A stretch of DNA of 64,000 nucleotides from an uncultured Nitrososphaeraceae archaeon (GCA_963779615.1 CAVZZA010000001.1:160001-224000); one strand, 5' to 3'; positions 44,737 through 55,652 are shown, counted from the stretch's first letter. Translations and numbers: made by a program. The notes: generated by a model not told the origin, from the sequence alone.

Positions 44737-45090
44737 TCACAATCCACCCGCAATAACAATCGTTCTAGTACCATATGCTATTACACCAATCATCGATATT
44801 AATACCAATATAGTTACCGTGGACTCCCACCAAGGAGTTTGCCTGAGTTCTAACAAAATAACTCTCAGTCCATTGAAACCATGGATAGAAATCAATATCA
44901 GAATGGACTCTAATAGCAGAACATAAAATATATTATGATAATTAGCTATTACATTTGGATAGGCCAAGCTCTGGCCAAATGGCATAATAAGTCTAAATAA
45001 AATATGGACAGCAACAGCAAATAAAGCCGCAATTGCAGTCAAATAGTGAATTTTCATTATTTGACTTTCCCGTATTCTTAACAACGCCAT
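44737..45090 (-). CDS. sdhD: Succinate dehydrogenase membrane anchor
   Basis: 3 TM helices, HGFNGLRVIL; operon position. Confidence 0.85.
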   Translation of the reverse strand: MALLRIRESQIMKIHYLTAIAALFAVAVHILFRLIMPFGQSLAYPNVIANYHNIFYVLLLESILILISIHGFNGLRVILLELRQTPWWESTVTILVLISMIGVIAYGTRTIVIAGGL

Positions 45091-45178
45091 ACTATAATTT
45101 ACCCCTACAAGGGTTTTTTAAACTACCGCTAACATACATGTACATTTTTTATCATCTATTCCTTCTTTACCTTCGTTC

Positions 45179-45646
45179 TTATCCACCTTCGCCAAATAAA
45201 ACCATACCGCCATATAACATTGCAATGCATGCTAAGAGTATAGCAACCCAAATACCTGATTTTTGTTTGTAATTTAAAGACGCCGCCTTGTATGGATAAT
45301 CCGGTCTTCCGGGTTTTCCCAAACCTTTCCCAGACTCTGTAAAAATAAGGCGTATTCCATTAACGGTATGAAAAGTACTTGCGCCTATAACAAACAGTAG
45401 AAAGATGTGGCCGCCAAGAGTTTGAGTTAATGCCAACATGCTATTCCATGCATCAATACCATTTGTGAGCGAGCTGGTTTCATAAACATGACCAATAAAA
45501 TAAATTAATAATCCCAAACCAGTTAAACGTTGAAGCCAGTAAGATACTCTTTCCCATCCATATCGTGTGGGGTTAAGCCAGCCTCCTATACCTTCACGTC
45601 CAGAATCCATCTTTGCGTTGTCTTTATTATTAGATACAATACCCAA
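45179..45646 (-). CDS. sdhC: Succinate dehydrogenase cytochrome b subunit
   Basis: LQRLTG, H..NGIRLI; operon position. Confidence 0.85.
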   Translation of the reverse strand: MGIVSNNKDNAKMDSGREGIGGWLNPTRYGWERVSYWLQRLTGLGLLIYFIGHVYETSSLTNGIDAWNSMLALTQTLGGHIFLLFVIGASTFHTVNGIRLIFTESGKGLGKPGRPDYPYKAASLNYKQKSGIWVAILLACIAMLYGGMVLFGEGG

Positions 45647-47365
45647 CTAAAATTTTCTCTCCGCAGGTGCATAACGAGTAAAAGTAACCGGATGCCAATT
45701 CATTTTTGGTTCACCATCGTCTTGATAATACGCAAGTGTGTGTTTTAAAAAGTTATTATCATCACGGTCTTTATAATCTATTCGCGCATGAGCTCCCCTG
45801 GATTCACGTCTGTTTAGTGCACCCAACAACACAACCTCGGCGACCCTTAACATAGAATCAATTTCCATCACATTGATGAAATTAGTGTTGTACTCTTTGG
45901 CTTGATCGTCAACGTGTTTCCAGGATAAAGACTGCAGATGGCGTATTTTTTTTAACCCTTCAACAAGTCCAGCCTCAGTTCTATAAACATATGCTTTTTC
46001 ATCCATTGTATCAGTAAGTTCTTTTCCAACCTCGTATGGGTTTACATCTCCCCGTCCTCTAAAAATCCCATCAAATATCCTTTTTTCCTCTCGGGAAATC
46101 TGTTGGTTATCGACATTGAGTGAATTGCTTTTTTGTTTAATCGAATAGTTGGCAGCTAACTCACCAGTAATGGCACCCCAAACTAAACATTCCGAAGTTG
46201 AATTTGCGCCCAATCTGTTGGCACCATGTAAACTATTACAAGCAGCCTCTCCTGCGACCCACAGGCCTTTAAATTCTGTAGCACCATCAAAATTTGAATG
46301 GATTCCACCCATCATATAGTGGCATACAGGTCTTATTTCAATCGGCTCGTCTATTATATCGACACCAGAAAACTTTATACCGATTTCTCGAATTCCTGCC
46401 AATTTTTCTTTAATTCTTTCTTCCCCAAGATGTCTCAAATCCAATTTAAGGCAATCAGCTCCTGATGCGTGTTTAAATCCCCTACCGGCTTGAATTTCGG
46501 TTATCATGGAACGGGAAACAACATCTCTAGGAGCCAACTCCAATTTTCCAGGTGCATATTTCATCATGAAACGCTCTCCTGTAGAATTGACAAGATAGCC
46601 ACCTTCTCCCCTGGCCCCTTCAGTAATCAATATCCCCGAGGGCAAAATTCCAGTGGGATGAAATTGAACAAACTCCATATCTTTTAAAGCCAATCCAGCT
46701 CTGTAGCCAATATCCAATCCATCAGGAGTGGAAGAATATGCATAAGTAGAAAAGCTATAAATCCTTCCGGCACCTCCCGTACAGATTATCCCAGATGGGG
46801 CAACCACATTAGCGAAATGGCCATTTTTAATTTCAATACAAGTAAAACCTTGAAAAGTGTCACCGCTATGAAGTATAGAAGTACAAAACCACTCATTAAA
46901 GAAAATAATATTATCGTATTTAAGACAAGTATCGTACAGAGTTTGCATTTCATAAAAACCAACTCTATCTTCAGCAAAAGTTGCCCTAGGAAAAGAATAA
47001 CCACCGAATCTTCTTTGATCAATTCTGCCGTTTTCTTTTCTAGACCATGGCATTCCCCAGCGATCCAATTGAATGATTTCGTGAGGAATCTTATTTACAA
47101 GCCTTTCGGCTACGTCCTGGTCAGCCAGGTAATCACTTCCTTTAATAGTGTCATAAATATGTGATTCCAAATTGTCACCCTCGTTTTCATAAAGTACAGC
47201 AGCGGTACCTCCTTCCGCAGAGACCGAATGAGAACGCATGACCTGGACTTTAGAAATGACTGCGATTTTCAGGCTTTTATTTTTTGATGCGGCGGATATA
47301 GCCGCACGTAATCCTGCCAATCCAGAACCAACAATAATAACATCATATGAAAGAGTCTCGGTCAA
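45647..47365 (-). CDS. sdhA: Succinate dehydrogenase flavoprotein
   Basis: GSGLAG, RSHSVSAEGG, QFHPTG, ELAPRD, HGANRLG. Confidence 0.97.
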   Translation of the reverse strand: MTETLSYDVIIVGSGLAGLRAAISAASKNKSLKIAVISKVQVMRSHSVSAEGGTAAVLYENEGDNLESHIYDTIKGSDYLADQDVAERLVNKIPHEIIQLDRWGMPWSRKENGRIDQRRFGGYSFPRATFAEDRVGFYEMQTLYDTCLKYDNIIFFNEWFCTSILHSGDTFQGFTCIEIKNGHFANVVAPSGIICTGGAGRIYSFSTYAYSSTPDGLDIGYRAGLALKDMEFVQFHPTGILPSGILITEGARGEGGYLVNSTGERFMMKYAPGKLELAPRDVVSRSMITEIQAGRGFKHASGADCLKLDLRHLGEERIKEKLAGIREIGIKFSGVDIIDEPIEIRPVCHYMMGGIHSNFDGATEFKGLWVAGEAACNSLHGANRLGANSTSECLVWGAITGELAANYSIKQKSNSLNVDNQQISREEKRIFDGIFRGRGDVNPYEVGKELTDTMDEKAYVYRTEAGLVEGLKKIRHLQSLSWKHVDDQAKEYNTNFINVMEIDSMLRVAEVVLLGALNRRESRGAHARIDYKDRDDNNFLKHTLAYYQDDGEPKMNWHPVTFTRYAPAERKF

Positions 47366-47531
47366 ATATTTTATCTCACTTAAATATCAATATTGCAATA
47401 ATAAATTCTTTCCAATTACCAATTATAAATCATCATGCTGCATAGTATATTATAACTACGGATTTTAAAATGAGAGTATCAAAAAACAGAACAAGAATCT
47501 AAATTCGGTGGATACATATTTACTGCGTAAA

Positions 47532-47885
47532 CTACTGATTTTTTTGTAACAGGTTTTCCAAGCCATTTTCACCCACAGCGCCCACAGCTCTATCAAGGGG
47601 TTGCCCATCCACAAATATCACAAATGTGGGTATGGCATATACATCAAAACGCATAGCTATAGATTGATTGTCATCTACATTTAATCTCCCAAATTTTACC
47701 TTATCGCCATATTTTTTAAACAGCTTATCAAAAATAGGAAGCATGAACTGGCAGGGACCACACCATGTAGCCCAAAAATCAACTAAAACAAATTTGTTAT
47801 CGGATAATATATTTTCAAAGTTTTTTTCAGATAATTCTATAATGGCACCACTACCAATGTTTGGTGAACTAGATTCATTACTCAT
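47532..47885 (-). CDS. trxA: Thioredoxin
   Basis: DFWATWCGPC. Confidence 0.95.
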   Translation of the reverse strand: MSNESSSPNIGSGAIIELSEKNFENILSDNKFVLVDFWATWCGPCQFMLPIFDKLFKKYGDKVKFGRLNVDDNQSIAMRFDVYAIPTFVIFVDGQPLDRAVGAVGENGLENLLQKNQ

Positions 47886-48171
47886 TTTAGCATAACATAT
47901 ACCGATAATTGATATATAAGACTTTTTAAACTAGCGGCCCTGCAATTTACGGGAATGTCTTTTTTCTCTACCCGTAAGAGTAGTGTTTTCCAACAAAACA
48001 ACAATCAATGATTTTTGTATTGATTTAGGATTGGATGTGAGGAGGGAAAGACCAATTTAACAAAATTAACTGGTTATTTTGAGTACATGACAAACAAACT
48101 GACTTCAATTGAAAACAATTCAATAAATATTAGGCGAACGCAGCCCGTTTAGCGTATATAGTTTAATAACA

Positions 48172-48621
48172 CTACAAATCAACGATGTATTCTATAACAA
48201 ATTCATCTGTATTGTGGTCATGAGATATTTTCATCTGGTGATAAGTTATCCCTTTGATTTCAACGTTAAATTCATGTTTTTCAAAATTAACAAAATCACC
48301 TTCTCCATAGCCTTCTATAAGGTATTTGTCTAATTCTTTATTTAGATAAAGAGTGATTTTAAATTCTGTTAAAACAATTTTATCTATTAGTATTAATAAC
48401 AATATTTTTTCCAGCCAGTTGTATAATAAACTTTCCAGATCAAAACCTTCAGCAGAAAGAGGGATTTTTTGTTTTTTTTCAATTTTATCTGCATCATACA
48501 TTATACTAACAAGTCCTTTAGCTGAATACTGAAATGAATCCGCCAAAGTTTTTCCCCTACAGCGTATATACGCATCAGTCATATGATCCAAATATTCAAC
48601 ATTATCAAGAATCATATACAC
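48172..48621 (-). CDS. Archease
   Basis: YLDHMTD, EIKGITYH, VDL C-terminus. Confidence 0.9.
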   Translation of the reverse strand: MYMILDNVEYLDHMTDAYIRCRGKTLADSFQYSAKGLVSIMYDADKIEKKQKIPLSAEGFDLESLLYNWLEKILLLILIDKIVLTEFKITLYLNKELDKYLIEGYGEGDFVNFEKHEFNVEIKGITYHQMKISHDHNTDEFVIEYIVDL

Positions 48622-48712
48622 ATGTAATCAAGGGGCATTATAACTATAGTTATAGTTATAGTTATAGTTAACCGGAAAATCTAAATTAAAAAAAATCAAC
48701 TGTTCAATAATA

Positions 48713-50023
48713 ATGAAGTTTGATTTGCCTAGGGGAATGAGGGATATAGAAACAGAAGAGTATGAAAATATTAATCTGATCAAAAATGCTTTTTTTGAAT
48801 CAGCTAAAATTTTTAATTTCAAAATAATGGAACCATCGCCATTAGAATTACTGTCAACATTAGAATCTAAATCAGGCTCAGGAATAATTAATGAAATTTA
48901 CAGTTTTATAGACAAAGGAAATAGAAAGGTGGCCCTTCGATTTGATTTAACCATAGGACTGACAAGGTTTTTTGTCTCCAGGCGGGACTTGAAGATACCA
49001 GCAAAAATCGCATCATTCGGAGGAGTTTGGAGATATGATGAACCGCAATCTGGAAGGTACCGATTTTTTCATCAATGGGACATTGAAATTTATGGTCCAA
49101 ATAGCTTGGAATCAGATACAGAAATAATTGAATTTACATCAGTTTTTCTAAATAAACTGGGCCTCAAAAACATAATTATCGATATCAATAGTAGAGAATT
49201 ACTTGAAGAATACATTAAAAACAACTTAAACATCACAGGAGAAGAAACATTATTTGAAATATTCAGAGCAATAGACAAAGTGCCCAAAAAGGGAAGAAAC
49301 ATGGTTTTAAAGGAATATGAAGAAACGATTGACGATAAAGTTTTAGAAAAGGCCATGATCTTTGCAGAAAAAAAAGGGAGTTATGAAGAAATAAACCGGT
49401 TTATAGAACCATTAAAGTTAAAGTCATGGGAAAGTATTAAAAAAGTTGTCCAATCACTATTAAACAGAAAAGTAAACAACATTAGAATAAATTTGGGCAT
49501 TGTAAGGGGTCTGGATTATTATTCAGGAATTGTTTTTGAAGCAGTAGATGATGAAAGTAATTTGGGATCACTAGTGGGTGGGGGCAGATACAACAAACTT
49601 ACAGAGACCTTTGGGAGAAAAGACATGGGGGCAACTGGTGCCGCAGGAGGGGTTGAAAGAATCATTCTAGCAATGAAAAAATACGGAATAATAAAAGAAA
49701 AAAATACAGAGGATTTGACATTTATAGTTTATAATTCTCCCGAAATGGCACCCATGGTCGAAAGATTGGCTTCAATTTTAAGGAAAAAAAACAAACCAGT
49801 AGACTATGATTTATTAGGTAGATCTTTTTCTAAGCAAATTATTGATGCAGAGAATAAAAAAGTTAAAAACACCGTTATTTTTAACTCAGAGGAAGTGAAA
49901 AAAAGCGGAAACATCATTTTGATAAACAATCCAGATCAAAATGAAAAAAAAATAAGCATTGTTAAAAGTTTTGATGAATTACTTGATGAATTACAGAAGA
50001 CGGATTTAAACACAATAAATTGA
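48713..50023 (+). CDS. hisS: Histidyl-tRNA synthetase
   Basis: PRGMRD, LRFDLT, RYDEPQ.GRYR, VRGLDYY, GGGRY. Confidence 0.95.
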   Translation: MKFDLPRGMRDIETEEYENINLIKNAFFESAKIFNFKIMEPSPLELLSTLESKSGSGIINEIYSFIDKGNRKVALRFDLTIGLTRFFVSRRDLKIPAKIASFGGVWRYDEPQSGRYRFFHQWDIEIYGPNSLESDTEIIEFTSVFLNKLGLKNIIIDINSRELLEEYIKNNLNITGEETLFEIFRAIDKVPKKGRNMVLKEYEETIDDKVLEKAMIFAEKKGSYEEINRFIEPLKLKSWESIKKVVQSLLNRKVNNIRINLGIVRGLDYYSGIVFEAVDDESNLGSLVGGGRYNKLTETFGRKDMGATGAAGGVERIILAMKKYGIIKEKNTEDLTFIVYNSPEMAPMVERLASILRKKNKPVDYDLLGRSFSKQIIDAENKKVKNTVIFNSEEVKKSGNIILINNPDQNEKKISIVKSFDELLDELQKTDLNTIN

Positions 50024-50044
50024 TTAATTGAAAATTTGGGTCTG

Positions 50045-50323
50045 TTAGCCAAGTTTTACAGTTTTGATGCTTTTCATTTTAATAAAACCACTAGGGGTTT
50101 TGGCATAAACTTTTCTAATTATCAAATCCGGAGGGTCATAACTTATGTATAAATCCCCCTCGTTTAATTCTTGAACATTGTAATTAATTTCAATCAAATC
50201 CTCTGCAACCCCATTTTCTTTTAATTTCAATTTTGCCTTTTCAATTAACTCATCATCAGAAGTATTAGGGGCAAAAAAGATTCTCCCCATTAAATTAAAG
50301 TCAATCACCGGTACCATGTACAA
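50045..50323 (-). CDS. Hypothetical protein
   Basis: 92-aa ORF with upstream TATA-like element. Confidence 0.6.
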   Translation of the reverse strand: MYMVPVIDFNLMGRIFFAPNTSDDELIEKAKLKLKENGVAEDLIEINYNVQELNEGDLYISYDPPDLIIRKVYAKTPSGFIKMKSIKTVKLG

Positions 50324-50369
50324 AAATTAAAAACCATATAAATATCACGGTTAGGTAGCAGAATGATTT

Positions 50370-52154
50370 TTACAAATACCCAAAAGATGGATCAGAACTC
50401 CTTCGTAATGTGACAATATGGTCCAACACAGCTTTTTCTTCTTCATTTAACTTATGACTAAACCGTCCAAGTAGCATTTTTGCTTGTCTGCTATTCAGAT
50501 AGGTATAGAACACATCACCTTCATTAAGTTGGCGTCCAATCTGGGGGCCATTAATGGATACAGCAACCTGCATACCTTTTGTAGCTTCATCTATAGTCTT
50601 TCCCTTATCCTGAATTTGATGTATAACTCCAACTTTTTTTCCCGCAATGTTCATTATGGCCATCTTTTGTTTTATTTTACCAATGCTTATTTCTGATCCA
50701 AATACAGCAGGATCACTTCGTCTAAAAACATAACCTTTCATGAATTCAAATGTACAAATTGGTGGAATTTCATTAAATAAAATAGACTCCTCATGTTCTC
50801 TTTGATAGGAGACCCAATCCACATAGTTGCGCACAAGATTATAAATAATTTTTTCATTAAAGATCTTTATGCCCCGTTCAAAAGATTCCTTTTCCGCATC
50901 TTCTAAAACTTTCACATTAAAACCAAGAATCACTCCCAAATAGCGATCTTTATCTTTAACAGCAGAAGCAGTCATTACATCCCTTCTACTTATTTGCCCA
51001 ATATCAGAAGATCTTATTGGAATTTTATCTCTTTTTAACATTTCAGAGATTGCTTCTATGGACCCAATCGTATCACATCTTAAAATGACTCCATTTGAGT
51101 CGGTATTAACAATAACAGATTTAACTTCAGATTCCACAATTTTTTTTATTTCATTTTCATTATCCTTTGATGAAATTCCATACAATGGGCTTCCAGCTAT
51201 GACACCCTCCAAATCGGGAGAGGTTATTTTTAATCCCGCAGCAGAAACCACCATATCAACGTGCATAAATTTATCTCGGGGATCACGCATTTCATCAAGG
51301 GGTTTTGGTAAAAGTAGTGATTTAACCTTGGTCACCACTGCAGAATCTCGTTTTGCAACAACTATAAAATCGCCCTGTTTAATAATTCCATCTAAAAGGA
51401 TTATATTGGCAGAAGGCCCAAGGCCGATCTCCTCTTTAACCTCCAATATTATACCACGGGCGGACCCTTCATGTCGTTCCAATTTTTTAGTCATATATTG
51501 CTGGGTTAACCCAACCAAAACTGTTAAAAGTTCAGGAATGCCTACACCACTAACCGCACTAACAGGCACCAAAGCTACTTCCTTTGCGAAGTCTTTAACC
51601 CGCCAAAATGCCTCAGAACTAAATCCCAATTCGGAGAGAGAGCCCAAAACACTATAAATCTTATTATCAAGATCAAGTTGAATCTCGTTTGGCTGAATTT
51701 TTATTTCTTCAGTTATAAAATCAGTCTTTCCATTTCTCCATCCAGTTATACGGTCAACTTTATTTATTGCAACCACAAATGGCACCTTCCTTTTTTTTAA
51801 AATATTAATACTCTCAATAGTTTGAGGTTCAAATCCTTTATTCACATCAACAACAACTATTGCTATATCTGCAGCAGATCCCCCACGCATCCTCAAATTG
51901 GCAAAAACTTCATGGCCAGGGGTATCAATGACCAGCAGTCCAGGTATAGAATGAGCATGGGATGAAATTTTTTTAAATAAAGGCCCAGTCAACTTTTTAA
52001 TAATGTCTATTGGAAAAAAACTAGCTCCAATATGCTGTGTAATACCACCTGCTTCATGTGACTGGACAAAGGTGCCCCGGATTTTGTCCAATAAAGAAGT
52101 TTTGCCAGAGTCTACATGACCTAGAACTACTACTACTGGTTGGCGCAGATGCAC
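50370..52154 (-). CDS. infB: Translation initiation factor aIF5B/IF2
   Basis: GHVDSGKT, EAGGITQHIGA, DTPGHE, NKVD. Confidence 0.97.
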   Translation of the reverse strand: MHLRQPVVVVLGHVDSGKTSLLDKIRGTFVQSHEAGGITQHIGASFFPIDIIKKLTGPLFKKISSHAHSIPGLLVIDTPGHEVFANLRMRGGSAADIAIVVVDVNKGFEPQTIESINILKKRKVPFVVAINKVDRITGWRNGKTDFITEEIKIQPNEIQLDLDNKIYSVLGSLSELGFSSEAFWRVKDFAKEVALVPVSAVSGVGIPELLTVLVGLTQQYMTKKLERHEGSARGIILEVKEEIGLGPSANIILLDGIIKQGDFIVVAKRDSAVVTKVKSLLLPKPLDEMRDPRDKFMHVDMVVSAAGLKITSPDLEGVIAGSPLYGISSKDNENEIKKIVESEVKSVIVNTDSNGVILRCDTIGSIEAISEMLKRDKIPIRSSDIGQISRRDVMTASAVKDKDRYLGVILGFNVKVLEDAEKESFERGIKIFNEKIIYNLVRNYVDWVSYQREHEESILFNEIPPICTFEFMKGYVFRRSDPAVFGSEISIGKIKQKMAIMNIAGKKVGVIHQIQDKGKTIDEATKGMQVAVSINGPQIGRQLNEGDVFYTYLNSRQAKMLLGRFSHKLNEEEKAVLDHIVTLRRSSDPSFGYL

Positions 52155-52155
52155 A

Positions 52156-52560
52156 CTATAAAAATAATATAGATGACTCTTTTATGAAGCTTTCATGTGA
52201 ATCAGATGCATGGACAATATTATCCGTGATACCTAAACCATAGTCACCTCTAATAGTACCAGGTGAAGCATCAAATGATTTTGTTGTCCCTATCATAATT
52301 CTAACGGTGTTTATAGCATTATTTCCTTCCAGAACACATGCAACAATAGTTCCAGAACAAATAGATGAAACCAGTTCACTGAAAAAAGGTTTGTCTTTAT
52401 GGTCAGAATAAAATTCCTGAGCTTTATCCATTTCAAAATCGAATGTTTTTAATTGTTTTATATCAAAGCCTTTATCTTCAAATCGTTGTAGGATTTTACC
52501 TACTAATTTCCGTTTGAATGCATCCGGTTTTACCAGTATTAAAGTTTTTTCAGCAATCAT
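52156..52560 (-). CDS. ndk: Nucleoside diphosphate kinase
   Basis: KPDA, PGTIRGD, NIVHASDS. Confidence 0.95.
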   Translation of the reverse strand: MIAEKTLILVKPDAFKRKLVGKILQRFEDKGFDIKQLKTFDFEMDKAQEFYSDHKDKPFFSELVSSICSGTIVACVLEGNNAINTVRIMIGTTKSFDASPGTIRGDYGLGITDNIVHASDSHESFIKESSILFL

Positions 52561-52773
52561 TTATTTTCGCTTTTTGATTCCACCTTTAATATATTTATCA
52601 GTCCATTTGAAAACCCTTGGGTCTCTTTTTAATTCACGAAGATTTTTCTTGCATTTTGCTGAACAGGTCCAATGAATTGACCCATCATTTTTAACCAGCA
52701 TGATTCCTTTGCCAGTATCAACATGTCTTCCACAAAAAAAACATTTCCTCAGCGATGCAACATTTTTACTCAT
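52561..52773 (-). CDS. rpl24e: Ribosomal protein L24e
   Basis: CFFCG..G.GIM.V.NDG...CSAKC. Confidence 0.95.
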   Translation of the reverse strand: MSKNVASLRKCFFCGRHVDTGKGIMLVKNDGSIHWTCSAKCKKNLRELKRDPRVFKWTDKYIKGGIKKRK

Positions 52774-52809
52774 AACAAAACACCATTATCATTGACAGGT
52801 TATTTTGGA

Positions 52810-53022
52810 TCATTTTATCTTTCTTGCCTCTCGCTCTGTTTCTCTAAGCATCAATACATCGTTCATTTTTACAGGACCTTTTACATTCCTCGTAAGTATT
52901 CGTCCCTTATCTTTCCCTTCAGAAATTCTGACACGTACTTGAATTACTTCTCCAGCTATACCAGTTCTACCCACAATCTGAATTACTTCTGCGGGTATTA
53001 CTTTTTCCTCTGTTTTGCTCAC
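52810..53022 (-). CDS. rps28e: Ribosomal protein S28e
   Basis: [25 protein letters not shown]. Confidence 0.95.
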   Translation of the reverse strand: MSKTEEKVIPAEVIQIVGRTGIAGEVIQVRVRISEGKDKGRILTRNVKGPVKMNDVLMLRETEREARKIK

Positions 53023-53044
53023 CTAATAAAACACACCCATACAA

Positions 53045-53426
53045 TTATTCAGTTTTATTTTTTATGTTATCAACAGTGCTTGTTATTTGATCGAGTATTT
53101 GTTGTGATTCACCAGCATCGATAATTGTGGCTGCTGCTGATCCCACTTCTATTCCTAGCGCATTTCCCAAGTCTTTTTTACTGGGTACAAAAACATATTT
53201 GGATGTACGTTCATCGCATAAAATAGGTAAATGTGCAACGACTTCTGGCGGTTCGACGTCTTCAGCAATAACAACTAATTTACTTATGCCTCGCTCTATT
53301 GCTTTAGTAGTTTCATTTGTACCTTTTCTCACCGTACCACTCTGTTTGGCCAATCGGTACTGCTTCATAAATAGCATTAACCAAGTCTCTGGGTGTCTCA
53401 TATTTTACATAATATGGTTTACTCAT
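53045..53426 (-). CDS. rpl7ae: Ribosomal protein L7Ae, +1 frameshift near 53356
   Basis: MSKPYYVKYETP..IYEAV joined to RLAKQSG.VRKGTNETTKAIERG..AEDVEPPEVVAHLP. Confidence 0.92.
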
Positions 53427-53508
53427 AGCTTACAATCACCCATTGGGATCATTTCCATCTTTAAAATAAGATAAAAAAGAGTATTAAAAACGTTGTCCCA
53501 TACCGAAC

Positions 53509-54954
53509 TTATGCGACAGGAAAGGATCTTTTAATAAGATCACCATATTCCCTTGTTTTGGAATCAAGTAATGACTTGTCATCAGATTCTCCGTATATCC
53601 TCAATAACGGCTCAGTACCGCTAGGTCTATACATTATCCATGAATCATCATCAAACCAAATTTTAATGCCATCTATATTTTCGATTTTTTTTACAGATCC
53701 ATGATTCTTGCACAAATCAAGAACTTTTGGCATGTCATCCATGTTGACTAATTTTAGACTTGACTTATATTGAAAAGTGTTATTGAATTTTTTATAGATG
53801 CAAGACAAAGAAACACCCGATGAATCACCCACGCTGGCATATTGATTGGTGGACAGAGTTATTTCAGACGGATTTTGTTTATAATAACTTAACATATCTA
53901 AAATCAAGGCAGTTGTAATTGCCCCATCACGTACTTGATTTAAAAGGCCATAAAAAAAACCACCGTTTTCTTCAAATCCTATTATCGAGTTAGCATTTTT
54001 CATACAATGAGAAACCTCAACACTTCCCACCTTTGTGAAAATTAATTCCTTATCAAGGTTTTTACAAATCCTGGATATAATTAAAGAAGAATTTACAGGA
54101 CACACTACGGATGTTTCATGTTTTTTATTTTTGATCAAATAATAGCTCAATATCGAGCCAGTTTTGTCACCCCAGTGTATAGTCCCCTTTTCATCGCAGA
54201 ATATACTTCTATCCCCATCACCATCATAAGCAACACCTAAATCAGCATTAGTTTTTTTTACCAGCTCAGTAAGATTATTCAAGTTATCCATTTTTGGTTC
54301 AGAACCACGTGCAGAAAAGTCTCCATCAATGTTTCCATTTATAACCAATATCTCACATCCTAATTTTCTGGCAATTAAAGGAGCCACCAAAGATTGCACA
54401 CCATTACCAAAATCCATTACGATTTTAAATCTAAATTGTCTAATAGAATCAACATCTACCAACGATAACACCCTATCGATGTAATTGTCTAACGCATCAT
54501 CCAAAACAAACAAATTTCCAAATTTTAAATTTGCTTCTGTTTTTAAGAATTTTTTTTTAAAATAAATGTCTTCTATAGATAGTTCTTCTTCTCTGGATAA
54601 CTCCATTCCATTATTAGATACTGGTTTTAACCCATTGTATTCAGGAGGATTATGTGAAGCGGTTATCATCATCCCGCCTACAAACTTTGAGTTTTTTACG
54701 GTAAACTGCAGACAAGGTGTGGGAGTTAATCCCATGATATAGACATCAATACCCATAGACATTAAAACAGATGAAACAACTTTTGAAATAGCAAAACTTG
54801 AGGAACGCCCATCGTAACCTAAAACTATAGGGCCTTTGTTAAAGAAAGAACCAATAGAGTAAGAAACATCGATTATAAACTCTATGGAAAGATCATCACC
54901 AAAAATTCCTCTAATTCCATTAGTTCCAAATAATTTTTTTTTTAACAAACTCAT
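53509..54954 (-). CDS. Phosphoglucosamine mutase / PMM-PGM family
   Basis: FGTNGIRG, ITASHNP, DGDGDR, RPSGTEP. Confidence 0.92.
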   Translation of the reverse strand: MSLLKKKLFGTNGIRGIFGDDLSIEFIIDVSYSIGSFFNKGPIVLGYDGRSSSFAISKVVSSVLMSMGIDVYIMGLTPTPCLQFTVKNSKFVGGMMITASHNPPEYNGLKPVSNNGMELSREEELSIEDIYFKKKFLKTEANLKFGNLFVLDDALDNYIDRVLSLVDVDSIRQFRFKIVMDFGNGVQSLVAPLIARKLGCEILVINGNIDGDFSARGSEPKMDNLNNLTELVKKTNADLGVAYDGDGDRSIFCDEKGTIHWGDKTGSILSYYLIKNKKHETSVVCPVNSSLIISRICKNLDKELIFTKVGSVEVSHCMKNANSIIGFEENGGFFYGLLNQVRDGAITTALILDMLSYYKQNPSEITLSTNQYASVGDSSGVSLSCIYKKFNNTFQYKSSLKLVNMDDMPKVLDLCKNHGSVKKIENIDGIKIWFDDDSWIMYRPSGTEPLLRIYGESDDKSLLDSKTREYGDLIKRSFPVA

Positions 54955-55136
54955 TTATTGACGAACATTATCTATTATCTAAAGGTATTTTTAGTTATTC
55001 ACGTTGATCACCAAGGTGTTGTATCATATCTTTAGTCACATTTCAAAAAATTCAACACCTATGAACAAAATAAATATGCTAGGCTATTACCAAATTAACA
55101 ATAGATAAATTTGGCTTTAATAACATGTAGAATAAT

Positions 55137-55258
55137 GCGGGGGTTGCCAAGCCCGGTCAACGGCGCAGGTCTCTAAAGTGCGAAGCTTAGAATGAGCTTG
55201 GAGGTTTCCTACAACCCTGTTCCTTAGGGATTCGTGGGTTCGAATCCCACCTCCCGCA
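55137..55258 (+). tRNA. tRNA-Leu (probably TAG) with two introns (55170-55184 and ~55192-55213)
   Basis: Long variable arm; removing 15+22 nt gives an 85-nt tRNA with a CAGGG-CTTAGAA-CCCTG arm; intron 1 has a perfect CGCA/TGCG BHB helix. Confidence 0.85.
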
Positions 55259-55442
55259 TTATAATCATTTTTGGTAATCTATAGGCATACACAAAAAAAC
55301 ATCTTTTAATAGATTAATTACAAATATGAAAAAGCTTAAATAACATTTTGATTTTATGAAAATGGTTGAAAGATCCATATAATTGGAATGTAATTCTCAA
55401 ACATCACTATGATGTGATACACTTTAACAGAGGATAGATTGA

Positions 55443-55652
55443 ATGAGACAACAACCACAAAAAAGAATGCAAAAACCAAGATTAGTCAAACAATCCAAAG
55501 AATTTGATTATAATAAACCTATTTCAAAATGTAATGTGTGTTATACTTTATGTGGATGGCATTGTTATGAATGTAACATAGACTTTTGTCAAGACCATTT
55601 TATTCAACATAAAGAAAAGGGATCTTGTAAAAAAATTGTACCTCAAGGTTAA
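55443..55652 (+). CDS. Small Zn-finger protein (B-box/AN1-like)
   Basis: CNVC...CYEC...CQDH..H...C. Confidence 0.65.
   Translation: MRQQPQKRMQKPRLVKQSKEFDYNKPISKCNVCYTLCGWHCYECNIDFCQDHFIQHKEKGSCKKIVPQG

Noticed and set aside
48641-48670. (TATAGT)n tandem with a palindromic start in the archease/hisS divergent spacer
   Set aside because: Similar microsatellites (GGAAA near 14625, CGCTT near 6078, CTTTG near 38322) occur throughout the window; no specific evidence of function.
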